From assembly GCA_012295275.1 (NCBI GenBank), contig CM022679.1, forward strand, positions 10,230,001 to 10,294,000: a DNA stretch of 64,000 bases, in the 5' to 3' direction. The stretch is from Chrysomallon squamiferum (lineage: Eukaryota > Animalia > Mollusca). Positions 12,479 to 25,895 of this stretch are shown piece after piece (position 1 is the first letter of the stretch; each line of letters starts with the position of its first letter). A program made the translations under genes and the position numbers. The notes beneath the pieces were generated by a model. That model had not been told where the DNA came from and ran no database searches. It saw only the letters and a list, made by a program, of their open reading frames with translations.

Positions 12479-15400
12479 CAGTGAATATTAAAAAAAAAAA
12501 TAAAAAAACATAAAAAAAATAATAATAACAAACAAATAATCAAACAAACAAACACACAAACAAACAAACAATAAACACAACAAAGAAAAAACAAAACTCT
12601 TTGAACTCATAAAAACCACACACCGTTTCATCCATTGCATCTGGATCCTCTTCCTCATCTTCGTTCTCCTTGCTGTCTGGCGGTTCGCTCAGATTGTTTG
12701 GTTTGTAGTCATCTTTAGACGCCCCACTGCCCATCGAGTTGAGGGTCCTGTGACTCGTGAAGGAGTTCTGGCGACTCAGCTCGAAGGAATTGCAGATGCT
12801 GCGGCTGGTGACGGAGTTGTTGCGACTCCAGCTGTGGTTACTCTTTATGGAGTTCTTAGGCTCCAGCGCTCGCTGACCTTTGAGAGAGTTTTGTGGGCTT
12901 AGTGTACGCTGGTTGTTCAATGGAGGGTGGCCATTGCAGTCACTGAGAACAGTAAAAGTAAATTATATATATATATATATATATATTAAACATAATAGTG
13001 AAATGATGATTGTTATATAATACTGATAAAACTATTACTAATAAAGCTTATGAGGATGATAATATTAATAGCAATAACTGTAATGATTGTAACATTATTA
13101 ATTATAATAATAGTAACAGTAATAACTACAATAAAAGCTATAAAGTAATAATAATAATAATAATAATAATTTAAAAAAAAAATGATAATAATAATTGTAG
13201 ATAATAGAACCTATATATCAATAACAGTAGCAATATTAATTTTAATAATATTAACTAATTTTAGTAGTAAAAGGAAAAACAACAATAACAACAACAATAA
13301 GCAAATAAATTAATATTTGTTTAATAATTTAACAAAATAAGCAAAAATCACTGCACAGCATATTGCAAATATCTAAGACATTTTTTATATTTTGTTGCAA
13401 AAGAAAACAGAACTAAGAATTTTCAAATTAAGATATAAGCATTAAAAAAATAAAAACAATATTAAATATTGTTGTTCTGTTTGTGTGAAAAATATTACAT
13501 TCTGAATAATTTATTACCTATTTCATTGTTACATTTAACTATAAATTGTAACAATGTTAAAGTTACTACTATGTGTTTAAACACAACAACAAAAAAAAAA
13601 CATAATAAATAAATAAATAAATAAACAAACAAACAAACAAACAAACAAATAAATAAATAAATAAATAAATAACATGCACTAAATAACATGTTAATAAATA
13701 TATAAAATAAAAATAAATTAAAATAAAATAAATAAAACTAAAGAAAATATTCAAGCTTAATGAGCTGTAAAAAATAAAAACTAATTTTAAGTACCTGAAG
13801 AAGTATGTCACAGAGTAGCTGAAAAAAAAAAAAAATTTTTTTTTTTTATTATAAAATATTAGTAGCCAACAAAATCAGTATATATTATAAATAATAACAG
13901 ATATTTAATAATTTACATACGAAAACAACAAAATAATATAATTACATAACAAGCCGTGCTTTTTGCTTTAAATAAAAAATTAAGCAATATATAACATTCT
14001 AAGTACATTTTTTTTTACTTTTTCATATTAAAAAACCCCCATTATTTTAACAACTTTAACTATTTACATTATGAAAAACATGAACCCAACGATTGATGAA
14101 AAACGTAGAATCAAATGCATGGTTATGTAACGTAAGTAATTTTTTCCACTGAACAATAAAACGGAATCATAAATAACAAATCAGTGTATATAATATTATA
14201 ATTATCTCACACCTTTGATTGTTAGGTGTTCGTGGGGTTCCAGGTGTGTAAGTCGGGGACTGAGAGTTCTGACTGGAGCTGAAAACGTCATCATCGAAGT
14301 CGTCGAAGCTGTCCGACTGGCTGTCTATGACGAGGCTCGTCTTGTCGCCGTCACGTCTGCGATTCTTCAGTCTCCAACTGCTGCTGCGCTGACTACCGCG
14401 ACTACTAGTTCGGCAAAGAGGGCGTGGCGTGGGGCGGGGAGAACCTCGGAAACTGAGGCTTGTCTGAGGTGAAAATAGAAAAATTATCGAGATTAAAAAA
14501 ATATATAAAAATATAAAATTATTAAGATTAAAAAAAGTATACAAAAATATAAAATTATTAAGATTAAAAAAATATACAATAATAAAAAATTATAAGGATT
14601 AAAAAAATATACAATAATATAAAATGTTTTATCTTCAGTTAGATTATGTTCAGTACATGCAGATATTAAATTGATTTCAATTCCTTTTTTTTTCATTATC
14701 TCTGATCTGTTATATTATCTGGTATATGTATATTTTTAAAGAAAAAAGTAATAATAATTTTAAATAGTTTCTTAGTATGTGTATAAAAATAAAGCTTAAG
14801 AAATAATTAAAAAAAATTACTGCTACATTTATTTTCATCAAATCCTTTTAAAATTATTTTTAACACATTATACACAGAAATAATTAATTGAGTTAAAATT
14901 TTTATTTTTATTTTTAAATGTAAATTTTTTTTTTTTTTTTAATTTTGAGTCAGTGTGTGTGTTTTTTTTAAAGATTTTTTGATGTTCTTTATTTAATTTT
15001 TTTTTACGTGTTTAAACTGAAATATTTATGAGTAGCTATAAAATACTGTGTTTATCTTACCGATGTCCTATCAGAATCTACAGATAGTGTACTACGTTGC
15101 ATGGTTCGTCCAATGGAAACCGTCAGTTTATTGTTTATATCCTTTACTGCGCTCTCATTGGGCGAGCCTTGAGGTGTTGCCATGGGAGTGGCAGCAGTGT
15201 GAGTTATGATTGGTGGATTCAAGGGTCCATCAAGAGGTGGGGCTGGTGGGACCTGAGTTGTGTTGTCATCTTTGGTGATATCTACAGAAGGTGGAAGAGC
15301 CAGCATTTTCTTTTCTGCAGTAAATAAAGTAAGAAAAAATAGCAATTTTCATTAAAACAAAATAATAATAATAATTAATAAATAAATAAATAAATAAAAA

Positions 15401-17592
15401 ATAATAAGGTGAAATAAAAATTATGAAACATTAAAATAATAATAATAATGTTTAAATGATATATGTAACAAAAATGAACGTTATTAAAAAAAAATAATAA
15501 TAATAATAATTCAGTCTTTTAGGATTGTTTCTATATTGTTCATGCCCGAACCCTTATAAAAATAGACTCATTCTATGAAGACTTTTTCTAAACATAACAA
15601 ACTTTTGAAACTAACAAATAAGTGTAAAAATGTACAAAAATATATCCATTTAAACCACTAGCACACTGCAAATACCTGTACAGTCGTTAATGTTACCTTT
15701 CTCTTTGTTGTTTTTCACGTCCACCACTTCTGTACTGCTCAGACGATCTCTCTCCTTCTGTAAATCATCAATGTTGTTGTTTTCTTCTTTCTCCAGCTCT
15801 TCTCTTTCCTTCTGCTTCTCCTTCTTCTTCTCATCATCCTAAAAACACACAGGATTCATTTTTATAATACATGTATTAAAATACTGGTATGCGTTTGTTT
15901 TTTGTAAATCCCAGTTTTAAAAGATTCTGGTGAAATTTAATGAGAAATGTCTTGAAATTTATTAAAGAAGAACTGAAAATGTTTGTTAAATTTTAAGTGT
16001 ATGTGTGTGTGTGTGTGTGTGTGTGTTATTATAGATGAATAAGGAATGAATATATATCAGTGTTGTGTGCCTAGATGGATGGATGGAAGGATGGATGGAT
16101 GGATGAATGAATGGATGAATGGATGAATGATGTTTGGATGATGGATAAATATGGAATTTTTTTTTCTCTCTAAAACTCACGTCTGTTGAAAAACCTTCAA
16201 CCAAGATGGCAACCAGGAGGTTGAAGAGGACGTAGTTGCCAAACGTCATCAGCGCAATGAAGTACAAGGAAGCCCATGGCGAGGTCCTGGCCATCCCATT
16301 GTACAGCACGGTGTTCCAGTCTTCTTGTGTTAATACCTAGACAGGTGGAAATGGGGAGAGTTGTCCCAGGGTGTCACACAAGGCTCAACAAAGTATCAAG
16401 TTATTTAATTTTAAAATTGAAAACTAGAATGGAAATATCTCATGCGTTATGCATGAGTTAACTGTAATTATAATTTATTTAAGAATGTTAAGTATTATGT
16501 ATAATTAATAACTTAGCAAAAGTGATTGTAAAATAATATTTTTCTTATTTATAGTTATATATTTAAAAGAATGTATCATAGTTTTACAAATAAAGACTGA
16601 ATTATCAAGTAGATACATATGAATATATACAGTTATATGACAATGACATTATACAATTATGTGAATGTAATTTCATTCATTAAAAGAAATATAAATCTAT
16701 TTTTCTTGAAATTCTTAAAAATAGGACAAATATTCTCTAAATAATTATATATATACACATTGTTAGTTAAAGTACTCATATGTATGTAAAATTTAAACTA
16801 ATTATTTCAAATAATATTAAAAAATAAAAAAGATTAAAATGTCATTTACCTCATCTGATCATATTTAAATTATTTAAAAGTATCAGCGTTACTACAATTC
16901 CAGAAATATAATCTCTAATCCAATACAGCCCACTAACTATATTCATATAACTACTGTACATCTACAGTATACCAAAACTAGCATGCTGTTAGTATTACCT
17001 ACATATCTATACAATACTCTAGTACCACATAAATGGTTAATAACAACATTTACATGAAATGGACAAGCGATACTTAATAATATCTTTTTCACCTTTTAAA
17101 TAAATACATATATGTGTACATGAGTGTTTGTGTGTGTATACAAAATTTAGAAAATTTTAAATTAATACTAATTATAAAATTTATATAAAATTTATCATTT
17201 ATTATACCATAGTATAAAATAAAATTATGCATTAAACATTTACTCTATACATATGCTTGCCATTTTAAAAATAGAGGTTAAAAAAAAAATAAGAAAAAAA
17301 AAAAAAAGAGTTCAAATATAATTGTTTTGGTGTTAAAATAAATTAGATATATAAAAATAGATTTTTTCCTTGTTAAATTTGAAAGCTAGACCATGAGATA
17401 ATAAAAATATTTCTTGAGGCAAAGACACGGCGCATGTAAATCAATATTCTTCTATTATGAGGATTGGTGACATTTAAATAAAGCTGTACGAAAATAAAAA
17501 CAATTACTCGTTTCAACAGACTTCTGAAAATAGTTATGTGTATTTTCTTATTTTAGTTTTGAACAGAACAGTGACCAGAATTGCTTTTAACG

Positions 17593-17627
<35 letters not shown>

Positions 17628-17696
17628 AATGTTTATGAAAGAAAAATCAATGTATTATTATATTTTTTACAACAGTGATCAGAATTGCTTTTAACA

Positions 17697-17731
<35 letters not shown>

Positions 17732-18873
17732 AATGTTTATGAAAGAAAAATCAATGTATTATTATATTTTTTACAACAGTGATCAGAATTGCTTTTAACA
17801 TAAAAAATAAATAAATAAATAAATAAATAAATAAAATGTTTATGAAAGAAAAATCAATGTATTATTATATTTTTTTATAAAAAAAAAGGAAAGAAATTCC
17901 ATTGTCTAGTAATTCTAATACATATCTATTAATTAACCAAATGCTGGAAGTAATTAAAATTAAAGTTTGGAATAGAAGAATCTGATTTAGATGTTTTAAA
18001 AAATTTTCTTTAACCAATAATCATTATGCTTTTATTACAGTCAAACAAATTTATTAATTAACGAAAATAATTTATGCCTTGTGTTTAAAATACACGAGAG
18101 AAATACATTACTGTTAAAAAAAATTTTTTTTTTAAATTTAAAAAAAATTAAAAAATAAATAATATAAATAAACAATGACATCATTTTTGTCCCATTTCAC
18201 AGTAAATAACCAACAAAATATTAAAAAAAAAAAAAAAAAAAAAAATTTAAAGCCTAGAATTTAAAATACGTAAAAGAAAACATTATATATTATATATATA
18301 TATATATATTAATTTTTGAATATAATAAATAGCTTTCACCAACGACGTTCATGCTTGGTTCAGTCTCAAACCTATTACCTGAAACACTGTGACCAGAGAC
18401 CACAAGAGCGTGTCAAAGTTGGCCCTGTCACACTGACAATCTATGCTTGCGTTCTTGATTTGTTCACATGTGCACCCCAAGCCGTTGTCCATCTCACAAA
18501 ATTTACCACCAAACAGATTCATGCCTAAAATACTGCATGCAGGTAGAGATGGGTTAGATGACAACAAAGTACAGGTAAAAAAAAATAATAATAAAAAAAT
18601 AATAATAATAGAAATAGGGCTCGAGAAAAAACATCTTTTGTTAGCAATCAGTGTGTTTCTCTATATTGTGATGGTATCAAGTTTCATATTTTATATAATC
18701 TACATGCTGTTATTAAAATATGGTAAAATATGTGTTAAACAGTTGTAATATATTCTGCAATAATAAATATTGGCTTTATATTCATTTACAAAAAAAAAAA
18801 AAAAAAAAATAAAAAAAAAGGGGCATAATAATGCTTAATTTTAAATGAATATAATTGTGTGTGCATTAAATTT

Positions 18874-18928
<55 letters not shown>

Positions 18929-19183
18929 TTTTTTTTTTTTTTGAGTTTGGTTTTGTTTTGGGGTTTTTATTCACATTTTTCAAATAAAACCATTGAATAA
19001 GCACACTTGATTAACAAAAGAAAAACATTTCCAGAGCCCTGATTCATTGCAAATCTTCACTGGTCAGATATGCATGGGCCATCACTTTTACATAGACAGA
19101 TATTTTTTAATAATTACAGGTAAAAGTATTTAAAATTTAAAAAAAACAGAACAAAATTTCTCTTTTTGTTATCATTATCATTG

Positions 19184-19214
<31 letters not shown>

Positions 19215-20080
19215 CATAATTATTATCATAATTGTTATTATTACTAATTCCCATTTTATTTGACCAGCAAAAATAAAACAGCTACAATAAAAAAAAACAT
19301 AATCTGTGACAAGTTTAATTTTCTACAAGTTGTGATGTCTTTGTACAGTATGTTTGTGATACTTACATGTTGAATGATTAACTGTACTATGTGTCTTACC
19401 TGCCTTAATGAATTTACCTTGTAAATGTAATACTATTTAATTTACAGCCATCTTGGGTGTGTTATTTGTGTTAATGTTTTTTTTATTTTTTTATTTACAC
19501 CAGTAAAAACTAAAATACTTTATAACTGTTTTTATATTAATATAAAGCTATATCTGTGAATGCTGGTAATACTGTAGACAGAATACTATTTTACTGCACT
19601 GTTTTACCTTACTCAGTGGATACTTAAAATATTACACTTGTAACTGTGTATATATGCTCTTGATAAATACCAGTGGCTATGTGTGATTTGTCATTTATTT
19701 ATTTTGGGTATTTTGCCAGACCTCCTATCCCCATAGTGAAGTTAAAAAAATATTTAAATTTTCTGCTACAATTATCTAAATTCCACAGAAGATATTTGAA
19801 GAATAAAAATGGCTCAACTTCTGTTTAGACAATCTTTTTTTGTTTCTGTTTTTTTTTAATTTAATTTAATTTTTTTTAATTATTTATTTGAATATTCTGA
19901 CATTTATTTCTATTATACAGTTCCAGTTATCTTTATATATTATGTGGATGTTAGATTAAATTTAATTGTTTATTTATCATCTGTAAAAGTTAACTTTTAA
20001 ATAAATAAAAAATAAATAAATACATAAATAAATAAATACATAAATAAGTAAATAAATAAATAAATAAATACATAAATAAA

Positions 20081-20111
<31 letters not shown>

Positions 20112-23100
20112 AAATACATAAATAAATAAAGATTTAAATGCAATCACCCAACAAATTTCTACTTTCTCACTAACTACACTTTCTACTAAGTTCTATTCTA
20201 CTATAAAAATTACAAAGCATGCACTTGCTCAACTGAAATTAAATTTTCATTCAAATTTATTAATAAGCTTATTTTCTTCATTACTTATCAAATATAACTT
20301 TTACAAGTTTTTAGGGATGAAAAGTCTTATAAGGAATTTATAATATGGTAACAAAAACATTAGTTTTTAATTATTTTAATTAATTAAATAAATTAAACTT
20401 AATAATTATGTAAATAAACAAATATATGCATCAGTAATTATTAGACATAAAATTTGAATCATTTTATATTGATATTTAATGTATAACAGTTAAAACAAAA
20501 CAAATTAATACTGTTCAAATTATTCATATTCATATTATTAATTTTATTATTTTTATTAAAATTCTGTACATTTAATTATAACTGTTTTTATTTTGTTTTG
20601 AATTTCTTTTCTACACACACACACACACAAAAAACTATGTCCATACAAACTCTACTAACATTAACACAGATGCCTACTGGGTTGGATTGGGAAAAGCTGG
20701 ACACAGAAAACAAGTTGTTAGTGACAGAGACAACAATCTATCTATGAATTTGGGAATTCTGGGTGTTAGTTTTTAAAAAAAAAAAAAATTTCCTCCTTTA
20801 ATAATTTTTTGTATAATTTTTTATTTTATTTTTTTTTGCATGCTGTACCTGGAATACTGTTATTATTGCCCAAAGAAGGGAATCAAAATTCTTTCTGTCA
20901 CATCTGCGTTTGTTGTTTATCATTCGACAGAACTTACATCCAAACAAGTTCATTCCGAGAATGCTAAAATTTAAAAAACGTGTCAAAACTGGTCAGTAAT
21001 TTTTGGGGTTTTACAAAAAAATATTCATTTTCAGGTCATTCTTGTAAAATTGATGAAATGAATTAAATAAATAATTTTTGCTATTTTTTTTTATTTTATT
21101 TAGCATTTTCAATTAATTTTGAGAACTGCTAAAATTTAATAGGTATCAAATTACAGCTAAATTTAGTTTACATTTGTTTCAAGTAATTTCCAAAGCTATT
21201 TTTCAAACAGAAAGTATTTTTATGCTTATATTATTCCATGGAAGCTAAATTTAAAACTATTTCAGAACTGTGTATATAGTTTTTGTGTATGATAAAGAAT
21301 GGTAAAGTTTTAAATGTTAAATAATTTTTAAAATGGTTAATGTATTAACATTTTTAATTAATTCTGGAAATAGCAAAAAAAAAATTCAAAACTATCAGCA
21401 TTATATTCTTGTACTGACTGCATTTTAAATTCATTCTAATGTTGGATGTTTGTACAGTATACAAAATGTGTCAAAACAGAATTAATTTTTGTATGTGCTT
21501 AATTTATTATTATGTTATTGTTAGTTTATTTTGACAATGCACAATTAAAAAATATGTCAGAAAGAATCAGTATAATTGTATACACACACACACACATAAA
21601 TACATACACACGTATATATACAAAAACAAATAAACATACATACACATTATTCTTTCTGACTTATTTTAAAATTTACACATTTGTTGTAGTTCTTTTTCTG
21701 TTTTTTCTTTGTTTTCTAAATGATTTTTGTTGACTAATGTATTGCAAACTACATTTATTACATTTAATAACTGCAGTAGTGATATTGTGACATACTGTGT
21801 AAATATATTTCAACAACAACATAGAAAGAAAATAAAGGCTCATAATTAGTCATAAATGAACAAAAACATGATATTGTATAACCATATACTGTCAATATAA
21901 AAACCAGAAAGAAGGATAAAATGTGCTTTTAATGATAATAGGCCATTAATTTAAAAAAAAAAAAAATATGTTACATAAAGATCATAAAATATCACATTTA
22001 TTTAAAATCAGGGCTATAAAATTCCACATATCAATCATTTAAATAGATTAATGTAGCCAACTATTTTAATTTTTCAAATAATAATTTAAATTTAGGTGTT
22101 AGAAAAATATTTTCGCTTTGATTTTACTTTTATAATTCAAGCAAAATTTCTGCTCTTATTATTTAAATTTGTTAGAGAAACAAAAATGTTTTGAAAACAA
22201 TATTCACGAAACATCTTATAATTTATTTCTTTTCAAATATTTCTTTTCAGTTTAAAACTGCTCTAACTTTTTTCATTTTTAATATTTCATTTTTGATTTG
22301 TTCAATCTCTTACAGAAACTGTTTACATCGATATTATCATCATAGATTATTAAAAACATGTTTCAGGTGATTTTTTTCATCAACAAGTTTACCTGAATAT
22401 GAACATGAAGAGAACCAGCAGAGCAAAGAACGTAGCCACGTTGTCCATCGTGCGCAGCATCACCACCAGCTGACGTCGCAGCGCAGGCATGAAGCGGACC
22501 AGTTTGAGAATTCGCAGGAGACGGAATGTACGGAGAACAGAGAGACCACTAGCGCCACCTTGTGCCAGCTCCACAATGCTGCGTTAAAAGAGAAAAATTA
22601 CATTTGTAACACGTACGTTTTGTATTTGAGGAGTTTTGGGTTTTTTTTCATTAATATTTCGTTACGTTTGGAAACATGTACATTTTATATTTTTTTGTTA
22701 AAATACAGTTATTTGTATTTCATTAAATGTAAGAATAATTGCAATAAATGTGTATTTATGTATTTTGTTTCTTTAGTAATATTTAATTAATTTATAAAAA
22801 CATGTATATTTTATATTTAATGGATTGTTTTGTTAAAACACAATCAGTCACATTGCATTAAGTTTAAGAAAAATTGCAATGAAATATAACAATAAAGTAA
22901 CCAGCATATGCTTTTTGTAATTCTAAACAGATTGACTGACTTTAGCAACATATTAAAGCCATTCAGATGTAACAAACACAGAGAAAAATATATTATAAAA
23001 AAGAAGAGAGAATATTTTTTTCATGAACTATATCCATATACATATAACAATTAAACATAACAGCTGGTAAGTTATGTTAAATAATAATTATAAATATTTT

Positions 23101-25206
23101 TAAAATATTCATTACTTTTTAACTAAATTTGTATTTTTTTTACCTTCATAAATATATATTTTTTAAATATTAATTTAATAAAACATAATAAAAAAAAAAA
23201 AAAAAAAAAAACAGAGATAAGTCAAAGATAATAATTTCATTGCTGTTTTATTTTTTAAATTAATAATAAGTTTTAGATAAACATTCTGTAACAGTTCTGT
23301 TGTAAACAAAGTCTGTAAATTACAAAATAAATAAATAAACAAAATAACAAACAAACAAACAAATAAATGAAGGAAAATGTGAAATATTTACCTAAGAATG
23401 ACAATGAAACCATCAAAAACATTGAAACCGTCACTGATGTAACCAAACAGTCCATAGGCGAGCAGTTTGAAAAACATTTCTAGTCCAAACAAAACACTGA
23501 ACACAACATTGCTGTACTCCAGAGCAAGAGTGAGCTCTTCAGGCTGGTTAAAACAAAAATAACAATAAAAATAAAGGAATTAATATTTAATATATACATA
23601 CATACATACATACATACATTCATATACCTATACATATACATATATATAATTATGCTGGCAATTTTATAAACTTTTTTAGTATTCATGCATATGAAAAGAA
23701 ATGCAACTAAAATGTGTTCCAATCTTTCTCTGTTTTTTATAAATCTTTCTTTTATCTATATCCATGCATGGGTATTTGAGGTGTATGTATTTGTGTTACT
23801 GTTTGTGTGCATGCATGCATACATACCTGTGTGCTTCTGTGTATATATATAAAACTATTTATGAATATTTCAAAACATCTATAAGGAAACAACTTGAAAA
23901 CTAATTATTAAAATGAACACACTGTTCAAAAAAGTGAACAGACACTAACCTGATTATGATATTCAATGCCCATACTTAGTGTGTTGAGCAAAATGGCTAG
24001 TAAAATACCCCTAGAAAATATATTACTTTCCACAACAATGGCCATGAAGGTTTGGAACTTGTACACCCAGTCTGAAACATAATAATAAACATTACAGGTA
24101 AAACATTGCTTACTGAATAAAATATAATCTGATTTAATACCATAAAAACATTTATCAGTGTGCAGAAATATACAATGGTGCTAATACATTATAATATGTT
24201 TAAAGAAAATGGGGAATTTTAATAATAATTGTTATGTAAAACAGGGAATTTTAATAATAATTGTTATGTAAAACAGGGAATTTTAATAATAATTGTTCTG
24301 GTAAAAAGGAATTTTAATAATAATTGCCGTGCAAAACAGGAAATTTTAAGATGAATAATTATAACATCTGGACGAAAGTAAAAATAAATATAACTGTAAG
24401 TCATTATTATTATTATTCTTATTATTATTATTATTATTGTTATTATTATTATTACTGTTCTTGTTATGGTTGTTAATTACATTTTATTAATATTATTATT
24501 ATTATTATAGTTACTTTTACTACTACTACCATTACTACTATTATTATTATTATTTTTACTGTTCCTATTATTGTTAATACTATTTCTGTTTTTATGCTTT
24601 CTAATATTACTACTGTTGTTAACAACAAAACACCAATTAAAAAAAAAAACTAACATAACAGCTTCTAGAGGTAAATTCTATAAGAAAAACTGATAAACTC
24701 ATTGTATCATTTCATAGATGGATGTTTATATAACTTTCATCTATATTTAATTTAATTCATTATTATTTAAACTGATGAACACATGCAATATATATATATA
24801 TATTTTAGATTTTTATTTATCATTCATGACCATCATTTTTATTCATTAAATTCCTTCTGTTTCTTGAAAATCCTGACAATTGTTTTCAACTCTGGCAAAC
24901 TGAAATTGTTTTCGGAAAATGTCAGAGTGTTCTGTGTCAGTAACATATCAGCCCATTTTTAAATCTAGTTTACTTAACTAAGCAATTAGCTTGTACTTTC
25001 TAGTGTTTGACGTCAACTCCACACACATCATTCTCGAGGCAAATCTAAAGTTTTCCTTAATCAGTGCACATATCTAATGGAATTCAGTTTAACGACTTTC
25101 TTGAAAGAGTAACCTGCTGTTATTTATCTTTGTTATGTCGAAGCATTATAAAATCAGATAATTAATCTTTTGCACGAAAATACATATATCTATATACTTG
25201 TGCCTA

Positions 25207-25237
<31 letters not shown>

Positions 25238-25850
25238 CACACATACATACAACAAGAACACTCATCCATAATATATATATGCACACACACACACCCATCT
25301 AAACATGCACATACACCCACACAGACAGACACCAAAATACCAGTCTAATCTATGGCATTATCTGGCTTTAAATAGTATCCATACTGATTACCAGATGTTA
25401 CAAATGTTTAGTTATACATGCAATACTAATTCAAAAATAGCAGTATTAATAACACTATATGTAATATAGTCTATTATGAGGAGTATTTATCGTATGATAT
25501 ATAAGTAGTTATTTCATCTTGTCAGAATTTGACTGTTTTGGTATGTTTCAATTTGTTCACTAACTTGCTAATTCAGTGATATAATGAACAAAGCAAAGTA
25601 ATTAGTATATTCAGAAATAAGGTATTAATTTGTTCTTATTAACCTACCAAGGAAGATTTAATAGTAAAATAACATGTATTATATTCTGTGAATTTTGGTT
25701 TTAAAATGGTTATTTGACTGAAAATGGGTTGCAGAGAAAAAAAAAGGTTGGATTATGTTTTGGAAAACATTTTCTGATTTTTGTCTTTATTTATTATTTT
25801 CAATTTATTTATTTTTTTTTATTTATTTATTTATTTATTTATTTTTCAAT

Positions 25851-25895
<45 letters not shown>

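Noticed and set aside
14211-14212. Stronger-looking donor GTGAGA 2 nt downstream of the chosen donor
   Set aside because: It gives phase 1 and would frameshift the next exon, which needs phase 2 to read DCNG.
25008-25015. Perfect CRE palindrome TGACGTCA
   Set aside because: A single 8-mer in 64 kb is compatible with chance, and there is no supporting context.
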